Positions 37,721 through 48,769 of a DNA stretch of 64,000 nt are shown here, piece after piece (the first letter of the stretch is position 1; every line of letters begins with the position of its first letter). The stretch lies in NCBI RefSeq assembly GCF_048593235.1, contig NC_133622.1, positions 54,312,001 through 54,376,000 on the forward strand. Reading direction: 5' to 3'. The notes below the pieces were generated by a model. That model saw only the letters and a program-made list of their open reading frames with translations. It did no database searches and had not been told where the DNA came from. This DNA comes from Sminthopsis crassicaudata. Taxonomy: Eukaryota. A program made the position numbers and the translations under genes.

Positions 37721-38879
37721 GCCAGAATCTAGTATTCTAGCAAACAGAAAAGAAAAATGGGAAGATGATTTGGTGTAAACCTGTGTCATGTCCTTGAGTT
37801 TATTAGTTCAGACTCTCTACCAGTTCATGATATGGGGTAAATAGTTTGCTGAATGAACTCAGATCAATAAATATCAGTTTCTGGATTTAGGGATACATAC
37901 ATACACACATACACACTCACACTATTTTGTTTTATATTGTATGTGTCAAAGGTCCTGGGAAAATTTTTTTTTTTTTTTTTTTTTGGTGTACAGTTTCTGT
38001 TTTTCAGAGGTCTGAAAGGTCATAGGGATCTGAGAATTTGCCTTCTTGCTCCTCATGGGACCCAAAAATTGATGACCCATAGAATTTCAAAATTTTATTG
38101 TTTATTGTAAATAAAACAAGAGAGAAGATAATTATCACATGTTAAATGAAACATTTTGGTTTTTTTAAAATTTTTTTATCTTGATCTAATTACAGTGACT
38201 ACAATTGTAGAACATATGCATTTACTTTCTACCAATTCGAAATATGATATGAAGAAGTAGTAATAATATTTAAGAAGATAAAATCATGAAAGTAGGCTAA
38301 CAATGATCAAATGTTATGTGACAAGGAAAGTAATAGTAATGTCGCTTACAGTAAAACAAACAAAAAGCCACCAGACACAGATTCATTCATATGAGTGATT
38401 TTTTCATGTCTAATATCTGTATGCGGATTGTAATAAGGGAGTTTTCACACATGATTTTATACAACAGACCACATCATTGAAATGATAAAATATATTAACT
38501 GTCTTTCATTCTGCTGAAGCTCTCCAATTGTTCATCTAGTCATTCAAAACTGCTTATGTAAAATACTTAGTATTTACAATTTTAAGTCTTACCCTAGGCT
38601 CCAATTGCTAAGGATCTTTTTTTCTTTCTTCCATGATTTTAATACATTTGCGTAACTGCTAACTTGGTTGAATTATAAGGAATAGCGAATAAGACCTATT
38701 AGTTTTAAAAAAAGGAATTAAAGGAAATTATATGAAATTATACAAAAGGGGAAAAATAGCTTTCCTTTGTACATGTTCATGGCAATGTTGCTTAGGATTC
38801 TAAAATTAATTTCATTATGGAAAGTTGATGGGGAAAGTGCAGAGAAGAATATGATCTGGATAATCTAGAAGAGAGATTC

Positions 38880-39112
38880 TTAATCTCTGCTCTTCAATCC
38901 AAGGATCCATAGATAAATGTTAAAACATCCATGAAATATTATGGGGTAAATGTTTTTTACTTAAATATAGTTAGTTTCCTTGGTAATCTTACACATTTTG
39001 TTTTAGGTATTTAAAAACAGGATTCTGAGAATGAGGTTTAGGATTATCTGAACTCTCAAAGACTTTAAATTTTTAAAATTAAAACTCTGAAATTAAAAAA
39101 AAATAAGAATCA
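38880..39112 (+). mobile_element. hAT-Charlie MITE, decayed
   Basis: gatccatagata...gtttccttggtaatc...tatttaaaaacaggattctgagaa. Confidence 0.55.
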
Positions 39113-39234
39113 CCTCTCTATTCTCAAAATAACTATGTCTTTGACTGGTCCTAAACAAACAAAGAAACAAGAACAAACAAACAAAAAAACATGCCAGTAA
39201 ATAGACAAACACACAAATAAATATCTGTTATTTT

Positions 39235-39545
39235 TGGTGTTGTTGTTGTCTGTATTTGCTCATCCTTCATTCTCACAGAGGGTCAATAACATCATGATGT
39301 TCAAGTTTTGATACTTGATTTGCATGTGAATTTGATTTAAGTGAGACAGAGCTGTGCAATGTTGTCAGCCTCACTTTTTCCTTCAGAATCATCAAAGTCC
39401 AGCAGTAATAAAAAATGAAGAAAACTGGTGATTGCCCCTGGATGCAGTGGAAGACTTTTGCCTTTCTAAATTAAATTATTTCCTAGGCTTCATTTTTCTC
39501 TGAGGCAACACTTATACAATGACTAAGGGCCTGTTATGTGTAAAC
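39235..39545 (-). mobile_element. RTE-related marsupial SINE
   Basis: (GTT)n = antisense CAA tail; ccttcattctc..agagg...gtgaatttgatttaagtgag..agagctgtgcaa...cagcctcact...ctggatgcagtgg. Confidence 0.7.
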
Positions 39546-39609
39546 TCTTGGGAAAGATTCCTTTGGTGAAGTTAGTGTTTTTGAGATAGAAGTGATTCAA
39601 TTCTTTTAT

Positions 39610-40375
39610 TTTATATTAATACTTTTCTTTTTGTTAAATAAAGCTTTTACAAATAGTTTTCAACATTCACCCTTGCAAAATCTTGTATGACAATTTTTTT
39701 CTCCCGATCTTCCCCCCAGTCCTACTCTAGACAGCAAGTAATCCAATATATGTTAAATTCTTCTATAAATATTTCCACAATTACATTCTGCACAAGAAAA
39801 AAACAGATCAAAAAGGGAAAAAATGAGAAAGAAAACAAAATGCAAATAAACAACAAGAAAAAAGTGAAAATACTGTGTTATGATTTACACTCACTTCTCA
39901 CAGACCTCTCTCTGGATGCAGATGGCTCTTCGCTGTTGAAAAGAGCCACATCTATCAGAATTGATCATCATATAATCTTGTAGTTGCTATGTACATTGTT
40001 CTCCTGATTTTCCTCACTTTATTTAGCATTGTTCATTTAACTCCAGGCTTTTCTGAAACCTGCCTGCTGATCGTTTTCTGTAGATCAGTAATATTCTATA
40101 ACATTTATATGCCATAACTTATTCAGCTATTCCCGAATTGATGAGCATCCACTCAGTTTCCAGTTCTTTGACACTATAAAAAGGGCTGCTACAACATTTT
40201 TGCATATGCAAGTCCTTTCCCCTTTTTTATGATCTCTCTGGCATAGAGACTCAGTAAAGACACTGCTGAATCAAAGGGTATGCACAGTTTGATAGCCTTT
40301 TGGGCATAATCACATATTGTTCTCCAGAATGGTTGGATCATTTCATAACTCCACCAACAATGCATTAGCATCCTA
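39610..40375 (-). mobile_element. L1 3' end (ORF2 C-terminus and 3' UTR)
   Basis: Minus ORF 40189-40371 LMHCWWSYEMIQPFW..CIPFD matches the L1 ORF2 Cys-rich end. Confidence 0.9.
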
Positions 40376-41215
40376 GTGGATTTTAATTCTTCTTAAAAAG
40401 TTGAGATATAGAAAAGTTTTATTGCATAAATTATAACTTTTCTTCCTGAAGAAAATATAGATTCATCAGAATTACCCAGTGCCAAAAACTTATGGAAAAT
40501 AAATATGTGCCAATAGCTGAATAGTGAACCCTCTAATGAAGCCATTAAGCACTTTAATATAATCTTTGATATATACATTTGAGAAGATAATAGCAAAAAA
40601 TGAGGCTTTTATTCCCTTTGTGTGTAGAAAATAAAGAATTTTAAAATTCAGTTATAAATTAAGATGGTGTTTACTTCCTTTTTTAATGGGCAGGAATAAG
40701 TTTTTAAAATTCTCTTCAGATATCCAGGATGTCTTTTAAATTTTCTATTTCTGCTTCATTACAGTCACAATTATCTAATACAGACATAATTTGCATTACC
40801 TATGTGTGGAACTACACATAGCCTAGATTATTTTCTTTCAAAACTTTATTTCTGCTTTGGTTTGGGAATGTTTAATAAGGTCCTAAAGCTTGATTACATT
40901 AAGATGAGGTTTCCAAAAAAAATTCAAAGTGGAGAAGAGAAAGTTAAAAACGTTTGACTAAGTAATGCCTACATATTTAATATTATATGTGTGAAATGAT
41001 GAAGTTTAAACACAAAATTGCAATTTCTGACTTGCCTTTTGCTAGGTATGAAGGTGAATCCCTTACTTACTTGATATAAATCATTGGGCTTTATTAATTG
41101 CTTGTGCAATGTTAGGTTTCATGATACAAATTCAAAAATTCGGCAACAATTTTCTCAAAGAGTTAACATTATGTTTGTGGGGAAATAATATATTCATAAA
41201 ATGTAACTATATAAA

Positions 41216-41420
41216 NNNNNNNNNNNNNNNNNNNNNNNNNNNNNNNNNNNNNNNNNNNNNNNNNNNNNNNNNNNNNNNNNNNNNNNNNNNNNNNNNNNNN
41301 NNNNNNNNNNNNNNNNNNNNNNNNNNNNNNNNNNNNNNNNNNNNNNNNNNNNNNNNNNNNNNNNNNNNNNNNNNNNNNNNNNNNNNNNNNNNNNNNNNNN
41401 NNNNNNNNNNNNNNNNNNNN
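41216..41420. other. Assembly gap (205 N)
   Basis: N run. Confidence 1.
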
Positions 41421-41666
41421 TAATTTTTTAATTTTTGGGGTATATGTCCCTGAACTGAACTTAGAAAGACTTTAGAGGTTCTAAGAAGCCTAGATGAGAA
41501 GAGATGAATTCCAGATTTGGGAAACTAATTGGGAGACTATTGACACAGTCCAAAAAAGATATGATCACAACCTGATTTAAGGTGATGATTCTATACATAG
41601 AAAGAAGAGGATAGATGGATGATAGAATTGACATGTTTAGGGACCTGGTTGATTATTTACATGATG

Positions 41667-41667
<1 letters not shown>

Positions 41668-41709
<42 letters not shown>

Positions 41710-41755
41710 TATATATATGCATATATATGTATATATGTATGTATATATATATATA
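41668..41755. repeat. Compound (AT)n/(ATGT)n microsatellite
   Basis: Alternating purine-pyrimidine run inside an L2-like fragment. Confidence 0.9.
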
Positions 41756-42039
41756 ATAAAAACAAAAGAATAAGGAGTTAAAGATGATTCTGAGGTTAGA
41801 AACCAGTGTAACTAAAGGGACAATGATTCTCCTAATAGGAAACAGGACAAATAGCAAAATTCAGAGCAAAATATATCCTGATTATCCATTGATATCTTTC
41901 TACATTTAGATATGAGAATTGTTTATTAACAAATTTTTCATATTTTATTTTTGAAAAGCAGGCAAAATAGCATTGGACTATAAAGTATTCAGAATCAACT
42001 TTAGGTGCAAGCTACCAGTTAGCATATTCAGTTATTCTA

Positions 42040-42210
42040 TACATAGTATATAGCTGGGAGTCAAATCAAGCTTCAATACTTATGAGCTATGTGTCCATGA
42101 ACAAATCACTTAACCTCAATTTATCTAAGTTATTCCATCTATGAAATAGTGATAAAAATAACAATTACCTCCCACAGTTGTTGTGATGATTAAATGAGAT
42201 AATAATTATA
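42040..42210 (+). mobile_element. MIR SINE
   Basis: aaatcacttaacctc...acctcccacagttgttgtgatgattaaatgagataat. Confidence 0.7.
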
Positions 42211-42727
42211 AATTATAAAAAAGAAGAAAGGAAGGAAATAAAAAGAAAGAAAGGAAAATAATAGCAAATAAAAAAGAAAAGATACAATACAATCAAATTC
42301 AGATAGGATTTAAAATATATGAAGATATTACATGGTTTCAAATTTCTCTACTATTTGGGACTTATGGCAAAAACCGATGAACTAATGTAAACATGCTCGC
42401 TCTGGTAAGCTGAGAACAAGTGGTCAGAACAAGAGCTGGCGAAGTTTTCTGTAAAAGGAGTAAAGCAAAACTGATTTTATACTCATCAGAAAATTATTTT
42501 TTACATTTATAAAAATTATTTTTGAGAAGACAGCATTATGATTCAACTCCCCCCTTTCCACATACTTTTCCCCACTCCCAACACAACATTTATTAGAAAC
42601 CTCTATAGAGCAGGTTGGTTTTTGTTGTTGTCATTTTTAATGTCTTTATGTGTTATAAACCTATAATATATGTATGAAAATCTATTTCAAGTTACCTTGC
42701 TGAATTATAATTATCATTAATTGGGGG

Positions 42728-42860
42728 GACAAGGCAATTGGGATTAACTGAGTTGTGCAGGGTCACACAGTTAGGAAGTGTTGTGACTGAGGCCAGATTT
42801 GAACTCAGGTCCTCCTGACTTCAGGGCTGGTGTTCTATCCATTGGGCCATCTATTTACTC
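42728..42860 (-). mobile_element. WSINE1-type SINE
   Basis: gcaattggg...cagggtcacacagttaggaagtgt...tgaggccagatttgaactcaggtcctcctgacttcagggctggtg. Confidence 0.9.
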
Positions 42861-43819
42861 CAATAAAACTATTTTTTGAGAAACTTCTGCATGTAGAGTA
42901 CTGTCCCACATGCAACTGAATACATAAAAAATCTGTTTTTGAACAATTTTATTAAATTAATAAATGCTAGCAGTCATATTTGAACCTAAGTATTTCTAAT
43001 GCCTGAAAGAGTACTACTCTTTGTTACAGCATATTGTCTTGATCTCAGACAGTAAGGGTATTTCAAAGAAAATACATTCCCTGTGAATGGTTGTGAAGTA
43101 TAACAATATTCATCACTGTTACGTCATTTTAATGTCTATAAAATATTCCCTCATCACTATATAGCACAAAGAAAGAAATGATAAAATAATACTTAAACAT
43201 TTATACATATTATAAGATTAAATAGTATAGAAAATATTTAAGGAAGCATTTTCCTCCCTGGAAATGGGCCACCAATGGACTTAAGCAATCAAAACTAATT
43301 TATTAAATACCTCCTGTATACCATGTTCTGCTGTAGCTGCTGAGGACACAAATACAAATATAAATACAGAAAGTAGTACAAAATCTGAGAAAATGTAGAA
43401 GGCTAAAAAAGTATTTTATATGAAAAACTAATATACATAGACACACAAATAGGTTATTCATATAGAAGTCAACTCTCTTCTCTTGTCCTTATCATTTGGA
43501 AATTACTTGATATCATCCTGTATCAATTCTTTTTTTGCTACATTTTTTGATAAGAAGTGACTATTTCTCACTGAAGTAAAGCCCTTTATATGACTACTCC
43601 CTCTCTCATCCTTCTACCTTCTATAAAAAGCAATATAAAAAAGGAAAGATTCAGAAATTAATTCAATGATTTACCCAAAATCTCATACCTAGATATATAA
43701 TGGGTATACTTGACTCTATGCTTTCATGTCTTTTGTATCGATTAAACCATGTTACAATATATGACCACTATTTTATAATTGGTACAATTAGACCCACTTT
43801 TTTCATTAATTCTTAAATT

Positions 43820-44008
43820 CTTGAGCTTTTGTTTTTCTAGATGAACTTTGTTATTATATTTCTATCTCTGTAATTTCTTGACAGTTTGATTGGTATGACA
43901 CTGAGAAAGTAGATTAATTTAAAAGGAGTTGTCATTTTTATTATGTTAGTTTAATTTATTCATGAGTACTTGGTATTTTCCCAATTATTTAGATCTAACT
44001 TTATTTGT
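43820..44008 (-). mobile_element. L1 ORF2 (RT region) fragment running into the gap
   Basis: gtttgattggtatgacactga...gtagattaattta...gtcatttttattatgttag. Confidence 0.7.
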
Positions 44009-44033
44009 NNNNNNNNNNNNNNNNNNNNNNNNN
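44009..44033. other. Assembly gap (25 N)
   Basis: N run; same length as the gap at 54328, probably a placeholder size. Confidence 1.
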
Positions 44034-44676
44034 AAGAAAAGGACTCCAACCCTTGAAGGAGCCAAGAATCCTGGGAGGCAGAGATGAGCAAGAAGTGTTA
44101 TTACTTACTTAGGGGACTGTGACAGCCTTCACAAAGGCACAGAGGGAAATCACGGGAATGTTGTGTATGCATATAATACCAAATAAGCAGCTCTGACCAG
44201 AGGTTCATTGTTATGAGACAGAGTAATGTGAACTCAGTTAAGAAAAACAGTAGAGCATTATAGAGAGGTTTTGGCTCAAACATCAATTAATGTAGATAAT
44301 CACGGATGTCTTTCTCTAATTGTGAGTGAATAGTGAATAGTGTAATAGAAATATTCCTGCAAAAATTATGTGGTTCTGGATTTCCTTTAATTGGCCATCA
44401 GTTAAACTAAGTGAATACCCTTTTTTTTATAATAATGGGATATGCCTGGAAGTTACTCTAATTTCTGTCAAGGTCAATGTCTAGTTGCTATTTCATTACA
44501 ACTTTCTTTATGTCCTTTGTTCTTGCTTTGTGCCTTAATGGCAGGTCCAAAATCTTTGTGGGTCATATGGGAAATAAATTTGGATCATGTGTCAAAATAT
44601 AGAAACAGAAACCTAAGTCAATTGAAGCAATGTCAAAAAGTGCATGTCCATTTTATTTTCATAGAGAAAGCCATAC

Positions 44677-44911
44677 TGTGGTCCAGAGCTAGAAAAAACA
44701 GCTGACTGAGGGTGGAGTAAGAAAGAAAGAACCAAGGCATGATGTTGTCCTGTTTTTATTGAGAGGTAGATCTGGAATTACTGCACTGCCACAGGTGGAC
44801 ATGACACAGCCCCAATAGAGCCCTCTCCCTAACTATTCCTCTCGTTCAACTCCACTTACTCAGAACTGATTAACTATGTATACAAGAACAATCCTTAATG
44901 TCCCTACCACA
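44677..44911 (-). mobile_element. Probable short solo LTR
   Basis: Termini TGTGGT...ACCACA (inverted); minus-strand AATAAA about 80 bp from the 3' end; no TSD found. Confidence 0.4.
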
Positions 44912-45561
44912 AGAAGAGCTCTCTAACTATTGGGTGTGTCCATTCCCAAAATTAAATTATGGGAGATGTTTTGTTTTTAAGTAATCATATCATACCTATG
45001 TAGGACTGCCCTATACTAATATCACAATCGCCTGATCTTCCAGTAAAAACCAGAGAATGAATCATTAGTTCCTGGTTAAAGAGACCTTAGGCAGCCTCTG
45101 GGAATAGAGTAAAAATTGAATTTGTAGATTCTAGAAATCATAGCTTTAGTGTTTAAAGGAACTTTAGGGATCATCAAGTCTACTTTCCTCAGTTTATTTC
45201 ATATTTCAATTTGGTTTTTTTCTAATTTTAACAACCATCAGAAAAGGAGGGTTCCCTTGGAACATAAAAAGAAGATTGTACCTGAAACAATTATTCTCTA
45301 TTTATATAGAGTAGTTTGAATTTTCTAAAACATGCATATCAAATTCCATAAATTATTTTCAAAGCTTCCCTTTTTGTTTTTTGTTTTTTAACATTTTATT
45401 TATATGTTTTGTTTTTATATTATATACATTTCAGGAGAGATCTTTTCTAATGAAATAAAACAATCTTAGTAAAAGTAATAGGGATTTCATCTGAAAATAC
45501 ATGTAGCATTTCATATCTGTTGTACTCCTTCCACCTCTCTCTTTTAAAAAGCTAACAAAAA

Positions 45562-45705
45562 GGACAGTTAAGTGGTACAGTGTATAGAAGATTTACCCTG
45601 GAGCAAGGAAAATCTGAGTTCAGATTTAGCTTCAGAAACTTGGCATGTGCTATCTATGAGACCCTGAACAACTCGCTTAATCCTAATTGCCTCACCAAAA
45701 AAATA
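45562..45705 (+). mobile_element. WSINE1-type SINE
   Basis: ggacagttaagtggtacagtgtataga...ctgagttcagat...cttaatcctaattgcctcaccaaaaaaa. Confidence 0.8.
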
Positions 45706-45719
45706 AAATAAAAAAATTA

Positions 45720-47005
45720 ACAGAAGTCTATTTTTTCCTTGCTCTCTATCCCCACCCAATTGGGGGAAAAAAGAAAAAAGTTTCTTTTAACAGATATGCA
45801 ATAAAGCAAAACATTCCCCCAATAACTATCTACAAAAATACGTACATCTCCCACTGCACCTTAAATCTCTCACATCCTTTCTGAACTTCATTCTGCCTTC
45901 TTCTGTACAGTGTTTTTTTAAAGTCTTAAAGAACCTTATTTTAAATTCTCTTCTTTCTTTTCTTTTTTTGGCTAATTTCTTCTCTAAATCCTAACTCCCT
46001 TATTTAAAATGAAGGAAAAAACAAACTTGTAATAAATAAGCAAAGGCCAAAAAAAAAAAAAAAAAAAAAGAATCCACATGATAATCATATCTGAAAATGC
46101 ATATGTCTTAGTACATCTTTTGACAATCCCCTCTCAGGAGTATGTAACATCCTTCATCAATGGTCTTTTGAAGTCATGGTTAGTCATTGCTATGATCAAA
46201 GTTCTTAAATCATTTATAGCTGTCTTTCTTTATATTTCTATTCTTATATAAATTATTCTCCTGGTTGCACTCACTTTACAATGCATCAATTCATACAGTC
46301 TTTCCAGGATTCTTTGAAAACATCTTTCATAATATCTCAAGACCCAATAATATTCCATTTTCATCATAATGTATTCATCTATTCTCCAATTGAGAAGCAC
46401 CATCTTCTTTTTTTCTTTTAAACACTCTACTTAGCATCTTTCCTCTAAAAATAAAGTTCATTTTTTCTTGTAACTATTCCTTTCCTCTTTTTTCCTTTAT
46501 CTTAACTCTTCTTTTCCCTATCTCTGACTTCCTGTTAAATTTAATGTATTTCTACACCAAACCCCATGTGTNNNNNNNNNNNNNNNNNNNNNNNNNNNNN
46601 NNNNNNNNNNNNNNNNNNNNNNNNNNNNNNNNNNNNNNNNNNNNNNNNNNNNNNNNNNNNNNNNNNNNNNNNNNNNNNNNNNNNNNNNNNNNNNNNNNNN
46701 NNNNNNNNNNNNNNNNNNNNNNNNNNNNNNNNNNNNNNNNNNNNNNNNNNNNNNNNNNNNNNNNNNNNNNNNNNNNNNNNNNNNNNNNNNNNNNNNNNNN
46801 NNNNNNNNNNNNNNNNNNNNNNNNNNNNNNNNNNNNNNNNNNNNNNNNNNNNNNNNNNNNNNNNNNNNNNNNNNNNNNNNNNNNNNNNNNNNNNNNNNNN
46901 NNNNNNNNNNNNNNNNNNNNNNNNNNNNNNNNNNNNNNNNNNNNNNNTGCATGTTTATGTGAATGTGTTTCACCTTCCTTTGTCAGATTTGTGTACATGA
47001 GGTTT
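45720..47005 (-). mobile_element. Old L1 fragments (3' end, then inter-ORF spacer), spanning the gap
   Basis: aatccacatgataatcatatctgaaaat...caataatattccatt; spacer-like aatgtatttctacacc..(tg)n..ttcctttgtcagatttg. Confidence 0.55.
46572..46947. other. Assembly gap (376 N)
   Basis: N run. Confidence 1.
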
Positions 47006-47018
47006 ATCTATCCTTATC

Positions 47019-47485
47019 TGACCCGGCCTGCGGGTCTCGAACTAGGGACGGCTGAAGTCACACATCAGTCTGTAAGCCAGAGGCTGGGGGAGGCGTTTGC
47101 CTGGGGATGGGCTGAAAAGAAAGAAACGGAGGCAACTCTGGCAGAAGGTAGAATAGCTACTTTATTGAAGGAGGGTTTGCCCCACACCCCACATTCCAAG
47201 AATTAATAAAAGACCTTGGTTTGTCGAGTTCTAAGAAATATGCTCAACAAAGCATGAGAACATCCTGCCTCCGAACATCACAAGGACACACATATCTACC
47301 ACCAGATGTCCCATAATCGACAAATGTTACCTTTGTTATACGACCCCTAATCATGGAATGTTTTTTCAAAAAACTGCCTACGTGACCAAGCCCCTATATA
47401 AACCCAAACCCTCCTTCAATAAAGTAGCTATTCTACCTTCTGCCAGAGAATAAGAAAATAAGAAAATAAGAAAAAAAAAAAAAAA
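47019..47485 (+). mobile_element. Young LTR-derived insert: inverted U5-R-like segment + U3-R + poly(A)-type tail
   Basis: TATATAA 47395-401, AATAAA 47418-23, tail (AATAAGAA)3 plus A run at 47449-85; perfect 44-bp inverted repeat 47136-179 / 47405-448; 11 CpGs in ~390 bp. Confidence 0.75.
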
Positions 47486-47496
47486 CTTGCGTTTTC

Positions 47497-48362
47497 CGGG
47501 ATGTGGGAAAACTGGGACACTGATACATTGTTCGTGGAGTTGTGAACTAATCCAACCATTCTGGACAGCAATTTGGAGTTATGCCCAAAAGGCCATCAAA
47601 CTGTGCATACTCTTTGATCCAGCAGTGTCTCTACTGGAATTATATCCCAAAGAGATCGTAAAGGAGGGAAAGGGACCTGTATGTACAAAAATGTTTGTGG
47701 CAGCCCTCTTTGTAGTTGCCAGAAACTGGAACCTGAGTGAATGCCCATTAACTGGAGAATGGCTAAATAATTTATGGTCTATGAATGCTATGGAATATTA
47801 TTATTCTATAAGAAATGACCAACAAAATGATTCAGAAAGGCCTGGAAAGACTTACATGAACTGATGCTGAGTGAAATGAGCAGGACAAGGAGATCATTAT
47901 ATACTTCAATTACAATACTATATGATGATCAATTCTGAAGGACATGGCCCTCTCCAACAATGAGATGAACCAAATCAGTTCCAATAGAGCAGGAATGAAC
48001 TGAACCAGCTACACCCAGTGAAAGAACTCTGGGAGATGACTGATCCACTACATAGAATTGCCAATCCCTCCAATTTTGTCCGCCTGCATTTTTTATTTCC
48101 TTCACAGGCTAAATGTACATTATTTCAAAGTCCGATTCTTTTTGTTCAGCAAAACAACTGTTTGGACATGTATACATATATTGTATTTAATTTATACTCT
48201 AACATATTTAACATGTATTGGTCAACCTGCCAACCGAGAGAGGCGGGGGAAGGAGGGGAAAAATTGGAACAAATGGTTTGGCAATTGTCAGTGTTGTAAA
48301 ATTACCCATGCATATATCTGGTAAATAAAAACTATTTAAAAAGAAGAAGAAGAAGAAGAAGA
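47497..48362 (+). mobile_element. Relatively young L1 3' end
   Basis: GCGKTGTLIHCSWSCELIQPFW..CILFDPAVSLL (ORF2 C-terminus), 3' UTR, AATAAA at 48324, A/(GAA)n tail. Confidence 0.95.
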
Positions 48363-48760
48363 CAGTTGACTTGGTTCTTTTCTACAATGAAGTGATTCAA
48401 GGTAATTCCAATACCCTATAATGGAAAGAGAGAGAGGAAATGGAGAGAGAATTATAGAGACTGAATATGGATCAAAATATAATAGTCTCACCTTATTTAT
48501 TGTTGTTCTTTGCTTGGTTTTTTTGTGTGTGTTTTTCTTTTTGATCTGATTTTTTTTGTGTGTGCAGCATGATAATTGTGGAAATATGTTTGGAAGAATT
48601 GCACATTTAACCTATATTGAACTGCTTCTGGTTTAGGGGAGGGAGATAGGGGGAGGAAGGCGAGAATAATTTGGAGCACAAGGTTTTGCAAAGGTGAATG
48701 TTGAAAACTATCTTTGCATATTTGGAAAAATAAAATGCTATTTAAAAAATAAATATTGCA
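48363..48760 (+). mobile_element. Second, older L1 3' UTR fragment
   Basis: gacttggttcttttctacaatgaagtgattcaagg...tgaatgttgaaaactatctttgcatatttggaaaaataaaat. Confidence 0.8.
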
Positions 48761-48769
48761 TTTTTATTT

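Noticed and set aside
47030-47050. Minus-strand agttcgagaccc resembling a Pol III B-box/Alu motif
   Set aside because: Too short, no A-box or surrounding SINE homology; better explained as LTR U5
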